Of a DNA stretch of 58,023 nt, positions 9,975-19,742 are shown in pieces. Under the pieces are notes generated by a model. The model saw only the letters and a program-made list of their open reading frames with translations. It ran no database searches and was not told the origin of the DNA. How positions within the stretch are numbered: the first letter of the stretch is position 1; every line of letters begins with the position of its first letter. The DNA lies in the NCBI GenBank assembly GCA_035436995.1, contig DAOMXG010000001.1, forward strand, positions 1 through 58,023, written 5' to 3'. Position numbers and translations under genes: made by a program. The stretch is from Beijerinckiaceae bacterium. GTDB lineage: Bacteria; Pseudomonadota; Alphaproteobacteria; Rhizobiales; Beijerinckiaceae.

Positions 9975-10075
9975 GCACTGGAGCATTTTCGAGCGAAGTG
10001 GGTTCCGGTTCGCGTCAAGAAAATGCGAAAAACAAAGAAATTGGGCACTTTCTGTGAGTTGGCTTTCGTCGAAAG
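9975..10075. repeat. Palindromic intergenic repeat module (GCATTTTC...GAAAATGC hairpin plus GCTTTCG-t-CGAAAGC palindrome)
   Basis: Inverted repeats were read directly from the sequence. The module translates into [16 protein letters not shown]-type pseudo-peptides, which I recall from dispersed Rhizobiales intergenic repeats. Confidence 0.45.
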
Positions 10076-10145
10076 CGCACCAGAGCACGCCCTCGTTCCG
10101 GTCGAATCGCCGAAGCGAGAGATAACGTGACCGATAACAACTATT

Positions 10146-10967
10146 TTGGGCATGCTTTTTGCGAAAAGCCGTTCACGCTTGTTCGCAGCATGCTCTCGCG
10201 CCCGTTGTCTCCGGCAGGACGGACTGCTACAGCCCTTTGCGCCTATGGTCTTTGCAATCTTCCGCCCCGAACGCCGCTACGCCCGGCGCCTGGCTCGTGC
10301 CGCCCGCTGGGACCGGCCGATTGCCGGTCGCTGGCAGCGATTCTGCGCCTGGACCAACATGCTGCTGATCGATCATGGGCTGTTCCGGCTGATTTATCTC
10401 AATGCCCATCCGGTCACCGACGATCTGTGGCGCTCGGCCCAGCCGTCGCCGCATCAGGTCGCCGACTTTGCCGCGCGGGGCATCCGCACGATTGTCAACC
10501 TGCGAGGAGGGCGCGAGTTCGGCTCCTGGCCACTCGAGCGTGAGGCCTGCGACAGGGCCGGAATAACCCTTGTCGACTTCGTCGCACGGTCACGCGAAGC
10601 CCCCGGGATCGACACCGTTCTGGCCGCCCAGAAGCTGTTTGACAGCATCGAATATCCGGCACTGATTCATTGCAAGTCCGGCGCCGACCGTGCCGGCTTC
10701 GTCTCGGCGCTCTATCTGATGTTGAAGCATGGTCAGCCGGCTTCGCTTGCGCTTGAACAGCTTTCTGCCGGTTATGGCCATTGGCGCTGGTCGAAAACCG
10801 GAATTCTCGACGCCTTCATCGAACGCTACCGCGACCAGGGCGAGGCCCGGGGCCTGTCTCTGATCGACTGGGTGACAACCGAATACGACCCCGACGAACT
10901 GACCCGTTCATTCAGGCCACACGCGTTCTCGGCCTTTATCGTGGACAGGATCCTCAGGCGGGAGTGA
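10146..10967 (+). CDS. Protein-tyrosine/dual-specificity phosphatase family protein
   Basis: Has the [10 protein letters not shown] (CX5R) active-site loop. The start is uncertain (10146 or an internal ATG near 10245). Confidence 0.7.
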   Translation: MGMLFAKSRSRLFAACSRARCLRQDGLLQPFAPMVFAIFRPERRYARRLARAARWDRPIAGRWQRFCAWTNMLLIDHGLFRLIYLNAHPVTDDLWRSAQPSPHQVADFAARGIRTIVNLRGGREFGSWPLEREACDRAGITLVDFVARSREAPGIDTVLAAQKLFDSIEYPALIHCKSGADRAGFVSALYLMLKHGQPASLALEQLSAGYGHWRWSKTGILDAFIERYRDQGEARGLSLIDWVTTEYDPDELTRSFRPHAFSAFIVDRILRRE

Positions 10968-12759
10968 CGCCCTCGCCGAACTGGAGCCGGTAGAAGGCCG
11001 CATAGGCGCCATCGCTGGCCATCAGGCTGTCATGCGTTCCGGTCTCGACGATGCGGCCCTCGTCCATCACCACGATGAGATCGGCGGCCCGCACCGTCGC
11101 CAGACGATGGGCAACGACCAGCGTGGTGCGGCCGCGCATCAGATCGCCCAGCGCTTTCTGGACGAGATCCTCGGATTGGGCATCAAGCGCGGAAGTGGGT
11201 TCGTCCAGCAGGAGAATCGGCGCGTTGCGCAGGAATGCCCGGGCAAGCGCAACGCGCTGTCGTTCGCCGCCTGACAGCCGTCCCCCCCGATCACCGACGC
11301 GCGTATCATAGCCATCCGGCAAAGCCGCGATAAATCCATGGGCGGCTGCCGCGCTGGCGGCGGCGATGATCTCTGTTTCGCTCGCTCTCTGCCGACCGAA
11401 AGCGATATTGGCCCGGATGGTGTCGTCGAAAAGGACGATATCCTGCGATACTACCGCCAGATGCGCGCGCAGGCTTTTAAGCGACACTGAACGGATATCC
11501 GTTCCGTCGATCGTGACCACCCCCGCAGTCGGATCGAACAGGCGCGGCACCAGGGCCAGCAGGCTGGATTTGCCGGCTCCCGAACGACCGACGAATGCCG
11601 TTGTCTTTCCCGCCGGCACGACAAGGGAGACGTCGGAAAGGGCAGAGCCGGAATTGGCGTAGGAGAACGACACCCCGGCAAAGGCGACCTCGCCCTGTTT
11701 CACAACCAGTTCCGGCCCATCGACCGCATCTTCGACCTGTGGACGTTCATCGATGACCGCGAAGATCCGGGTCAGTGCGGCCACCGCCTCGTGCAGGATC
11801 GCGTTGAGATTGCCGAGTGTTCGCAGGCTCTGGGCAGCCAGCAGAACGGCGGTCACATATCCGGTGAAGTCTCCGATGGTCGATTGCCCCTGGGCAATGC
11901 GCCATCCGATAAACACCAGCACCGCCGCAACCGTCACGCCGCCGCCAACCTCGAGCAGCGGATCAAGCCGCGCCCGCTGATTGGCAGCCTTGACCTTGAG
12001 CCGACGGACAGCATCGAAGGCATCGGCGGCCTTGGATTTCAGGTAGGGTTCAAGACCATACGTCTTGGCAATGCGCACACCGCCGAGGCTTTCGGCCACC
12101 AGGCTCGCCATGATGCCGGTCTGTTCCTGTGTCGACAGCGCCGTCCGCCGCAATTTTTTCCCGATCCGCTCGATCGGCGGGACGATGATCGGCAGAACCA
12201 TCAGTGCGGCCAGCGTGATCATCCAGTCGATCCACACCATGACCGCAAGAACCGCAACGGCGGTGGCGACATCGCGCGCCAGCACCGTGGAAAGCCGTGT
12301 CAACGCCTCACGCACATAGGCAAAATCGGTGGTAAAGCGTTGAGTAAGCGATGCAGGAGTCTCGCGGCTCAGCTGCGCCACATCGGCGTCGATTAGGCTG
12401 TGAAACAGCGAGGTCTGAAGATCGGCCTCAACCTTGGAGACCACCCGGTTGGTCAGAATGAGCTGGGCGAACATTGCAAAGCCGCGCATGGCGGTCACCA
12501 TGATCACCAGAACGGGCGTCAGCTTTAGAAACGCCTCATCCTTGGCATCAAAGGCATCGAAGGCTCGCTTGATGATGTAGGGATACATCGACGACATCGC
12601 CGCGATCACCAGCACGGTCAGCCAGATAATCAAAATCGTGCCGCCATGCGGCCTTACCCAACCCTGCCACAGGCGTCGAACGGCCGGTATCAGCCGCTGG
12701 CGGTCGTGCAGCAGCTTTGCCGGTGGATCAGGCGGGGCCGAAGCCGAAGCGTCGGTCAT
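10954..12759 (-). CDS. ABC transporter, fused permease/ATP-binding (MsbA/exporter type)
   Basis: 601 aa with an N-terminal 6-TM domain, Walker A GRSGAGKSS, signature LSGGERQR and Walker B ILLLDEPTSALD. Confidence 0.9.
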   Translation of the reverse strand: MTDASASAPPDPPAKLLHDRQRLIPAVRRLWQGWVRPHGGTILIIWLTVLVIAAMSSMYPYIIKRAFDAFDAKDEAFLKLTPVLVIMVTAMRGFAMFAQLILTNRVVSKVEADLQTSLFHSLIDADVAQLSRETPASLTQRFTTDFAYVREALTRLSTVLARDVATAVAVLAVMVWIDWMITLAALMVLPIIVPPIERIGKKLRRTALSTQEQTGIMASLVAESLGGVRIAKTYGLEPYLKSKAADAFDAVRRLKVKAANQRARLDPLLEVGGGVTVAAVLVFIGWRIAQGQSTIGDFTGYVTAVLLAAQSLRTLGNLNAILHEAVAALTRIFAVIDERPQVEDAVDGPELVVKQGEVAFAGVSFSYANSGSALSDVSLVVPAGKTTAFVGRSGAGKSSLLALVPRLFDPTAGVVTIDGTDIRSVSLKSLRAHLAVVSQDIVLFDDTIRANIAFGRQRASETEIIAAASAAAAHGFIAALPDGYDTRVGDRGGRLSGGERQRVALARAFLRNAPILLLDEPTSALDAQSEDLVQKALGDLMRGRTTLVVAHRLATVRAADLIVVMDEGRIVETGTHDSLMASDGAYAAFYRLQFGEGVTPA

Positions 12760-12841
12760 CCCTCTACTGTCCAGATCGAAATCGGTGGGAAAGGAACAGC
12801 AAGCATCTCGTCATCGGTCACCGTAAGGGGCAGGCGGTGAC

Positions 12842-12916
12842 TGGAGCGGGCGAAGGGATTCGAACCCTCGACCCCAACCTTGGCAAGGTTGTGCTCTACC
12901 CCTGAGCTACACCCGC
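12842..12916 (-). tRNA. tRNA-Gly (anticodon GCC)
   Basis: The reverse complement GCGGGTGTAGCTCAGGGGTAGAGCACAACCTTGCCAAGGTTGGGGTCGAGGGTTCGAATCCCTTCGCCCGCTCCA folds as a cloverleaf with anticodon loop TTGCCAA, a GGTTCGAATCC T-arm and an encoded CCA. Confidence 0.95.
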
Positions 12917-13025
12917 TTGCGCCGGACCAAGCCGGCTGCGGCGCTCGTATGCAACATTTGGCGTTTGCGTGCAAGCCCGTTATCAAGCGATCCGCGCTTT
13001 TCATTGTTGCTCCGGATGACGGCTG

Positions 13026-13562
13026 ATGACCTCTTGCCCCGATATTCCTGTCGCCCGCCCGCTGTTTGACCTCATGGACCGTCTCGCCATCGCGCATCGG
13101 ACGCTTCAGCATGTCGCAGTCTATACCGTGGCCGAATCGCGGGAGCTGCGCGGCACCATTCCTGGCGCGCACTCCAAGAACCTGTTCCTCAAGGACAAGA
13201 AGGGTCGGCTATTCCTGGTTACGGCGCTGGAGGATGCCCCGCTGAACCTCAAGAAGCTGCATGAAGCCATTGGCGGCCAGGGGCGCGTATCGTTCGGCTC
13301 GGCCGAACAATTGCGCGCCTGTCTCGGGGTCGAGCCCGGTTCGGTGACGCCCTTTGCCGCGATGAACGACACCGACGGCCGGGTTACCGTTGTTCTGCAA
13401 CGCAAGCTCGCGGAAGCGCCGGTTCTCAATTTCCACCCGTTGACCAATACCGCGACGACTACGATCACCAATCAGGATCTCCTGCAGTTCCTTGCGGCCA
13501 TCGGCCATCCCCCGCATATCGTCGACCTGCCTGAAGGTGAGGCGTCCTCACCAGAGGCGTGA
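13026..13562 (+). CDS. YbaK/ProX-type aminoacyl-tRNA deacylase domain protein
   Basis: 178 aa with the HSKNLFLKDKKG and VTPFA motifs typical of prolyl-tRNA synthetase-associated editing domains. Confidence 0.8.
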   Translation: MTSCPDIPVARPLFDLMDRLAIAHRTLQHVAVYTVAESRELRGTIPGAHSKNLFLKDKKGRLFLVTALEDAPLNLKKLHEAIGGQGRVSFGSAEQLRACLGVEPGSVTPFAAMNDTDGRVTVVLQRKLAEAPVLNFHPLTNTATTTITNQDLLQFLAAIGHPPHIVDLPEGEASSPEA

Positions 13563-13640
13563 TGTGTCATTGCCTTTCCTGTCCACCGACCCCATGTAGG
13601 ATGGGGAAGGTTCTTTTCTGATACACTTGCCGAGGTTCAC

Positions 13641-14525
13641 ATGCTGGGCGCCCAACCCGAAGGCCTGATCAAGGATACGACGACGCAAGGTTTCCGCGCC
13701 GACGTCATCGCCGAATCGGCGCGCCAGCCGGTGCTGGTCGATTTCTGGGCGCCATGGTGTGGTCCTTGCAAACAACTCACTCCGGTCATCGAAAAGGCGG
13801 TGCGTGCCGCGCGCGGCAAGGTGCGCCTCGTCAAGATGAACATCGACGACCATCCGGAGGTTGCCGGCCAGCTCGGCATTCAATCGATTCCGGCAGTCAT
13901 CGCCTTTTCCAATGGCAAGCCCGTGGATGGATTCATGGGCGCCCTGCCGGAGAGCAAGGTGACGGCTTTCATCGAACGATTGGTCGGTCCATCCGCCGAT
14001 GATCCGGCAACCCTCATCAAGCTTGCCGAGGAGCGCAAGGCGGGCGGGGACATCGGCGGCGCTGCGGAAGCCTACGCGGTTGTTCTGGCCAAGGATCCGC
14101 ACCACGGTGCGGCGCTCGCTGGCCTTGCCGGGCTGCAGATGGACACCGACAACCTCGAACAGGCTCGCCGGATCCTCGATTCCGTTCCTGAAGCCAAGCG
14201 GACGGAGCCGGCCATCGTGGCTGCAATCGCCCGTCTGGAGCTGATGGAACGGGCGGCCAGCCTTGGCGACCTTGCCGATCTTGAGCGCCGCATTGCCAGC
14301 AATCCCGCCGACCATCAGGCACGTTTCGACCTTGCGGTCGCCCTCAATGCGAAGGGTTTCCGCGCCGAGGCTGCCGATCACCTGCTTGACATCATCAAGA
14401 TGGATCGAAGCTGGAATGATGACGGCGCACGCAAGCAGCTCTTGCAATTGTTCGAAGCCTGGGGGCCGATGGACGAGGTGACGCTTGGAGCGCGCCGCCG
14501 CCTTTCGGCCTATCTTTTTCGGTAG
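13641..14525 (+). CDS. Thioredoxin-domain co-chaperone with TPR-like C-terminus (YbbN/CnoX-like)
   Basis: Has the WAPWCGPCK active site followed by a helical-repeat C-terminal half. Confidence 0.85.
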   Translation: MLGAQPEGLIKDTTTQGFRADVIAESARQPVLVDFWAPWCGPCKQLTPVIEKAVRAARGKVRLVKMNIDDHPEVAGQLGIQSIPAVIAFSNGKPVDGFMGALPESKVTAFIERLVGPSADDPATLIKLAEERKAGGDIGGAAEAYAVVLAKDPHHGAALAGLAGLQMDTDNLEQARRILDSVPEAKRTEPAIVAAIARLELMERAASLGDLADLERRIASNPADHQARFDLAVALNAKGFRAEAADHLLDIIKMDRSWNDDGARKQLLQLFEAWGPMDEVTLGARRRLSAYLFR

Positions 14526-14561
14526 GCCCCATAACGCCATCCGGATTGAGGAGCAGAGGCA

Positions 14562-15230
14562 ATGCCGTCCAACGTCCAGTATCAGGGGCCAGCGCAACTG
14601 CCGGAGGTCATCCCGATCTTTCCGCTCGCCGGCGCATTGCTGCTGCCGCGTGGCCAGATGCCGCTCAATATCTTCGAGCCGCGCTATCTGGCCATGGTCG
14701 ATGCGGCCCTCGCCGGTGACCGTTTGATCGGCATGATCCAGCCGATCAACGAAAAGGCCGGCGAGGCACCGCCAGATCTGATGGCTGTCGGCTGCGTTGG
14801 CCGGCTGACCGAATTTGCCGAGACGGGCGATGGGCGCTACCTGATCACCTTGACGGGCATTGCTCGCTTCCGCCTCATTGAGGAGGTCGTTACCGACGCC
14901 CCCTTCCGCAAGGCCCAAGTTTCCACCGCGCCGTTCCGGCCCGACTTCATTGCCCGCCTGGGTGAGGATGCTGTGGATCGTGAAGCAGTCTTGATCGCCT
15001 TGCGCGCGTTCTCCGATGCCAAGGCGGTCGAGATAGACTGGGAGAGTGTCGGCCAGGCCTCCAACGAGGCGCTTGTCAATGCCCTGTCGATGATGTGCCC
15101 CTACGGGCTCAAGGAAAAGCAGGCGCTATTGGAAGCGCCAGACCTGAAAACCCGCGCCGAGCTGCTTATCGCCCTGACCGAAATCGATCTGTCGGGGCCG
15201 GGCGGGGATGGCGACATAACCGTCCAGTGA
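14562..15230 (+). CDS. LON peptidase N-terminal (substrate-binding) domain protein
   Basis: [27 protein letters not shown] is typical of stand-alone Lon N-domain proteins. Confidence 0.8.
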   Translation: MPSNVQYQGPAQLPEVIPIFPLAGALLLPRGQMPLNIFEPRYLAMVDAALAGDRLIGMIQPINEKAGEAPPDLMAVGCVGRLTEFAETGDGRYLITLTGIARFRLIEEVVTDAPFRKAQVSTAPFRPDFIARLGEDAVDREAVLIALRAFSDAKAVEIDWESVGQASNEALVNALSMMCPYGLKEKQALLEAPDLKTRAELLIALTEIDLSGPGGDGDITVQ

Positions 15231-15235
15231 GTAAG

Positions 15236-15445
15236 ATGACCGGTTCCAACGCCCCCGAGCGCTATGCCACGCGCAGCATCGACCCCAAGTTCCTTGAACT
15301 CCTGGTCTGCCCGCTGACCAAGACCGCGCTCGACTATGATGCCGTGCGCCAGGAACTGGTGAGCCATGCAGCCAAGCTGGCATTCCCGATCCGCGACGGT
15401 ATCCCGATCATGCTGGTCGACGAGGCCCGCCGCCTTGCGGATTGA
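15236..15445 (+). CDS. Trm112-family small protein
   Basis: 69 aa containing [16 protein letters not shown]...[10 protein letters not shown]. The ORF-track start at 15095 overlaps the upstream gene. Confidence 0.8.
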   Translation: MTGSNAPERYATRSIDPKFLELLVCPLTKTALDYDAVRQELVSHAAKLAFPIRDGIPIMLVDEARRLAD

Positions 15446-15453
15446 CGGGCCGA

Positions 15454-16677
15454 TCAGATCGGCAGTCCGCGAAAGGCCCGCGGCGCTCGGGAACTGTCAC
15501 CGGCCGCTTCCTGCATGAAGCGCGCGCCCAGTCCCGGCAGCCGATCGACGAGCGAAAGCCCCAGGTCACGGATCGCCCGCAGCGGACCGAAATCGTTGGA
15601 AAACAGCCGGTTGAGTGTTTCGGTGGCCGCAGCCATCGCCATGACATCGGGCCTTCGGGCCGCCTCGTAGGGCCCGAGCGCCGTCTCCGATCCGATATCC
15701 AGCCCCAGCCGGGCCGCGTCGATGATCGTTTCGGCCAACGCCGCCGCCCCGCGCAGCCCGTAGTTGAGGCCCTGTCCGGCAATCGGATGGAAGCCATGCG
15801 CGGCATCGCCCAGCAACGCCAGTCGTGGCCCGACAAACCGCCGGGCAATACCGATCGACATCGGAAAGGACGCCAATCCCTCAACGCGCGTGACCGTTCC
15901 GAACCGCCCGGCGGCGCGCCGGTCAATCTCGGTGACGAGATCGTCGGAATCGCATCTCAGCAACCGTTCGACCGTCTCCGGCCGCTCGTTCCAGACGATC
16001 GAGCAGCGCCGACCCTTGAGCGGCAGCAAGGCAAACGGTCCCGCCGGCAGGAAATGCTGTACCGCGACCCCTTCATGGTCGAGTGTATGGTGGATGGTGC
16101 CGACAATGGCCGTCTGTGGATAGCGCCAGCCATGATAGGCGATGCCGGCCCGTTCGCGCAGCCGCGAACCGCGCCCGTCGGCGATCACCAGGAGTCTGGC
16201 ACGCAGCCGCCGTCCGCCGACGATCGCGGCGATGCGCCCGCCCGTCTGGTCAAATCCACTGACCGGTTCAGAAAAAAGCGACAGTCCGGCCGACCGGGCC
16301 CTGGCCATCAGCGCTGCAAGGATGGTTCCGTTCGCCAGCATCATCGCCGGTGGTGCCTCGTCCTGCGTGGCGGCCCCGAAGGTCAGCAACGGCATTCGCA
16401 CCAGGTCTTCGAGCCGGCTGTCGGTAATTTCCATGCGAAGGATGGGTTGCGCCTCGTCCCGCATCGCCTGCCAGGCGCCGATGGAGTCGAAAAACCGGAT
16501 GGCGCCGGCGACAATTGCATAGGCGCGCGAATCGCCACGCCGGTCCCGCGCCAGTTCCGGGTCGCAGACAGCTACCTTGAGCGCCGAACCAGCGGCCACA
16601 TTGAGTGCCAGCGCCAGCGCCAGACCGGCGGCTCCGCCCCCGGCGATCACCACATCGACGTCATCGATCACAGCCAT
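15454..16677 (-). CDS. FAD-dependent monooxygenase, UbiH/UbiF/VisC/COQ6 family
   Basis: N-terminal DVVIAGGGAAGLALALAL dinucleotide-binding fold and the GDAAHGFHPIAGQGLN motif. Confidence 0.85.
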   Translation of the reverse strand: MAVIDDVDVVIAGGGAAGLALALALNVAAGSALKVAVCDPELARDRRGDSRAYAIVAGAIRFFDSIGAWQAMRDEAQPILRMEITDSRLEDLVRMPLLTFGAATQDEAPPAMMLANGTILAALMARARSAGLSLFSEPVSGFDQTGGRIAAIVGGRRLRARLLVIADGRGSRLRERAGIAYHGWRYPQTAIVGTIHHTLDHEGVAVQHFLPAGPFALLPLKGRRCSIVWNERPETVERLLRCDSDDLVTEIDRRAAGRFGTVTRVEGLASFPMSIGIARRFVGPRLALLGDAAHGFHPIAGQGLNYGLRGAAALAETIIDAARLGLDIGSETALGPYEAARRPDVMAMAAATETLNRLFSNDFGPLRAIRDLGLSLVDRLPGLGARFMQEAAGDSSRAPRAFRGLPI

Positions 16678-16746
16678 GCCTCACCTTGACGCTTCGGCCA
16701 TTCCCTTGCCAAGTGGCGCTCCCGTCCCGCTTGAACCGGCCCCGTC

Positions 16747-17604
16747 ATGTCCGTCATTTCCGATCTTCTGACCATACTCGATCTTGAGCCGCTCGAGCAG
16801 ACTCTTTTTCGTGGCCGTGTGCCGCAGGTCGGCTGGCAGCGGGTTTTCGGCGGCCTCGTCATCAGCCAGGCGCTGGTCGCCGCCCATCGCACCGTCGACG
16901 GACGCGAACCGCATTCGCTGCATGGCTATTTCCTGCTCGGCGGCGATCCCAGCGTGCCGATCATCTACGATGTCGACCGGATCCGCGACGGACGCAGTTT
17001 CACCACGCGCCGTGTGGTGGCCATCCAGCATGGCCGACCGATTTTTGCCATGTCCTGTTCATTCCATGAGCCGGAAGACGGGTTCGATCATCAGGCGACG
17101 ATGCCCGATGTGCCGATGCCGGAAGATCTGCCATCCATCGAAACGGTGAAGAAATCGGTCCTGCCCAATCTGCCGCATCCCGTACGCGCCTATTTCGAGC
17201 GCGAGCGGCCGATCGAACTCAGGCCGGTCGATTTCGAGCGTTACACCGCCAGCGGTTCAGCCCAGCTCGGAACCCAGATCTGGATCCGGGCAGCCGGTCG
17301 CCTGCCCGATGATCCCGGCATCCACCAATCCGTCCTGGCCTATGCGTCAGACATGACGCTGCTCGATTGCTCTCTGGTTCCGCACAACACCTCGGTCTTT
17401 GATCCTGGCATTGCCCCTGCCAGTCTCGACCATGCGATGTGGTTCCATCGCCCGTTTCGTGCCGACGAATGGCTGCTCTACAGCCAGGAGAGCCCCAACG
17501 CCTGCGCTGGCCGCGGCTTTTCACGCGGGCTGGTGTTCCGGCGGGATGGCACGCTGGTTGCCTCGGTGGCGCAGGAGGGGCTGATCCGCCGCAAGCGTCC
17601 GTAG
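16747..17604 (+). CDS. tesB: Acyl-CoA thioesterase II
   Basis: 285 aa; LDLEPLEQTLFRG...RVFGGLVISQAL is typical of the TesB double hot-dog protein. Confidence 0.88.
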   Translation: MSVISDLLTILDLEPLEQTLFRGRVPQVGWQRVFGGLVISQALVAAHRTVDGREPHSLHGYFLLGGDPSVPIIYDVDRIRDGRSFTTRRVVAIQHGRPIFAMSCSFHEPEDGFDHQATMPDVPMPEDLPSIETVKKSVLPNLPHPVRAYFERERPIELRPVDFERYTASGSAQLGTQIWIRAAGRLPDDPGIHQSVLAYASDMTLLDCSLVPHNTSVFDPGIAPASLDHAMWFHRPFRADEWLLYSQESPNACAGRGFSRGLVFRRDGTLVASVAQEGLIRRKRP

Positions 17605-17734
17605 ACCATCGAGGCGCCGCCGTGATGAGAGGCAGCGTGCCGTTCTTTTAGGCAGGGCAGACTATCCTTTCAGCAACATTTCGCCCGGAGGGGCAGAATC
17701 AGCCTGATATTGTGCGAGAGCGAGCCCCAATAAC

Positions 17735-17749
17735 TGGCATGAAGCTTGT
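17735..17749 (+). promoter_or_regulatory. Sigma-54 (-24/-12) type promoter upstream of the first ammonium transporter gene
   Basis: TGGCAT-N5-TTGT lies 69 nt upstream of the ATG, with the same architecture and spacing as the site at 19297. Confidence 0.55.
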
Positions 17750-17817
17750 TTCGGCGGCGGTGGGCTTGGCCGCGCGGCACGGCCTGCCGTTTGCCCCTTC
17801 TGTCACGAGGCCCCGCC

Positions 17818-19131
17818 ATGAACCCTCGCCTGTTTTCTGCTTCAGCGCTGCTGATGAGCGCCGCTGTTGTCGACCCCGCCCTTGCCCAGTCGACATCCAA
17901 GATCGATGCTGCCGATACCGGATTCATGATTGTCTGCACGGCGCTTGTCTTGATGATGACGCTGCCGGGTCTGGCCCTGTTCTATGCCGGAATGGTGCGG
18001 CGCAAGACAGTGCTGGCGACCATGGCCCAATCGGCGGCCTCGATCGCCATTGTCTCGCTGTTGTGGATCGCGGTCGGCTATTCTCTGACCTTCAGCGGAG
18101 ACGGACCGATTTTCGGCGATTTGTCGCGGGCGTTTCTGCTGGGCATCAAGCCGGATACGACCACCGCGCTGGCGCCGACGATCCCTGAACTCCTGTTCAT
18201 GCTCTACCAGATGACCTTCGCGATTATCACCTGCGCGCTGATCGGCGGCAGCGTTGCCGATCGCATGCGGTTCTCGGCCTTCCTGATCTTCTCGGTGCTC
18301 TGGCTGTTCCTGGTCTATGTGCCGAGTGCCCATATGGTCTGGGGCAACGGCTGGCTGGCCAAGCTGGGCGTGATCGATTTTGCCGGCGGCACGGTGGTCC
18401 ATATCAATGCAGGTATCGCCGGTCTGGTAGCCGCGCTGATGATCGGCCCGCGTCACGGCTATGGCCGCGACAATTTCGCGCCCTATGATCTGTCGATGGC
18501 TGTGGTCGGCACCGGGCTGCTGTGGGTCGGCTGGTTCGGCTTCAACGGCGGCTCGGCGCTCGGCGCCGGTTCGCGTGCCGTCTATGCGATCACCGCCACC
18601 CATCTTGCCGCCTGTGCCGGCGCTGTGGTCTGGACTGGCCTCGAATGGATCCAGCGGGGCCGTCCTTCGGTTCTGGGCATCATTTCCGGTGCCATTGCCG
18701 GGCTCGGCACGGTGACGCCCGCCTCCGGCTTTATTCTGCCCTGGCATGGGGTTGTCATCGGTGTGATCGCCGGCGCCCTGTGCTACTGGGCCTGTATCTG
18801 GCTCAAGCACAAGCTCGCCTATGACGATTCGCTCGATGTTTTCGGCGTCCATGGTGTCGGCGGCCTGTTGGGAACCATGCTGGCCGGTGTCTTTGCCACA
18901 GGCAGCCTGTCGGCGACGCCGGAATTGGCCGAGGGCTTGCGCGGTCTTGTCGACGGCAATCCGGGGCAGGTCGTCACCCAGGCGATCGGAGTGGTCGTTA
19001 CCACGCTCTGGTGTGCCGCCGGCACGTTCGTTGCCCTGAAGGTGACGGCGTTCATGACCCCGCTGCGCGCCAGCCGCGATGAAGAGGTCGAGGGCCTGGA
19101 TCTGGCCCTGCATGGCGAACGCCTGCACTGA
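17818..19131 (+). CDS. Ammonium transporter (Amt family), paralog 1, no adjacent P-II gene
   Basis: Signal peptide plus 11-12 TM helices; the DFAGGTVVHINAGIAGL and VHGVGG motifs are present. Confidence 0.9.
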   Translation: MNPRLFSASALLMSAAVVDPALAQSTSKIDAADTGFMIVCTALVLMMTLPGLALFYAGMVRRKTVLATMAQSAASIAIVSLLWIAVGYSLTFSGDGPIFGDLSRAFLLGIKPDTTTALAPTIPELLFMLYQMTFAIITCALIGGSVADRMRFSAFLIFSVLWLFLVYVPSAHMVWGNGWLAKLGVIDFAGGTVVHINAGIAGLVAALMIGPRHGYGRDNFAPYDLSMAVVGTGLLWVGWFGFNGGSALGAGSRAVYAITATHLAACAGAVVWTGLEWIQRGRPSVLGIISGAIAGLGTVTPASGFILPWHGVVIGVIAGALCYWACIWLKHKLAYDDSLDVFGVHGVGGLLGTMLAGVFATGSLSATPELAEGLRGLVDGNPGQVVTQAIGVVVTTLWCAAGTFVALKVTAFMTPLRASRDEEVEGLDLALHGERLH

Positions 19132-19157
19132 CCAAATTGCCAATGCCTGCACTCTCG

Positions 19158-19191
19158 CCCCGGCGGCCATCACCGCCGGGGCCGCCTTTTT
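19158..19191 (+). terminator. Rho-independent terminator after the first amt gene
   Basis: GGCGGCC ...GGCCGCC stem (alternative CCCCGGCGG/CCGCCGGGG) followed by TTTTT. Confidence 0.7.
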
Positions 19192-19296
19192 GCGCTGCAC
19201 CATCAACGCATGCATCTGCCCATCTTTTGAGCAAGGCGGCGCCCGGATAGCCAGGACTTCAGCCGAATCGGCCGGAATCGGGCGGCAAATCCCGTC

Positions 19297-19311
19297 TGGC
19301 ACGCCGCTTGT
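19297..19311 (+). promoter_or_regulatory. Sigma-54 (-24/-12) promoter of glnK-amtB
   Basis: TGGCAC-N5-TTGT lies 66 nt upstream of the glnK ATG. An imperfect TGCACC...GCATGCA dyad about 80 nt further upstream could be an NtrC site. Confidence 0.65.
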
Positions 19312-19313
19312 AG

Positions 19314-19715
<402 letters not shown>

Positions 19716-19742
19716 ATTCCTGTAAGAAGTGGAGCTTCCATC

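Noticed and set aside
13548-14918. 456-aa ORF antisense to the thioredoxin/YbbN and Lon-N genes
   Set aside because: A shadow ORF spanning two well-supported sense genes and their spacer. It has no recognisable motif.
15442-16689. 415-aa ORF on the + strand opposite the ubiH-like gene
   Set aside because: Arg/Pro-rich low-complexity translation. The - strand frame carries the FAD-binding fingerprints.
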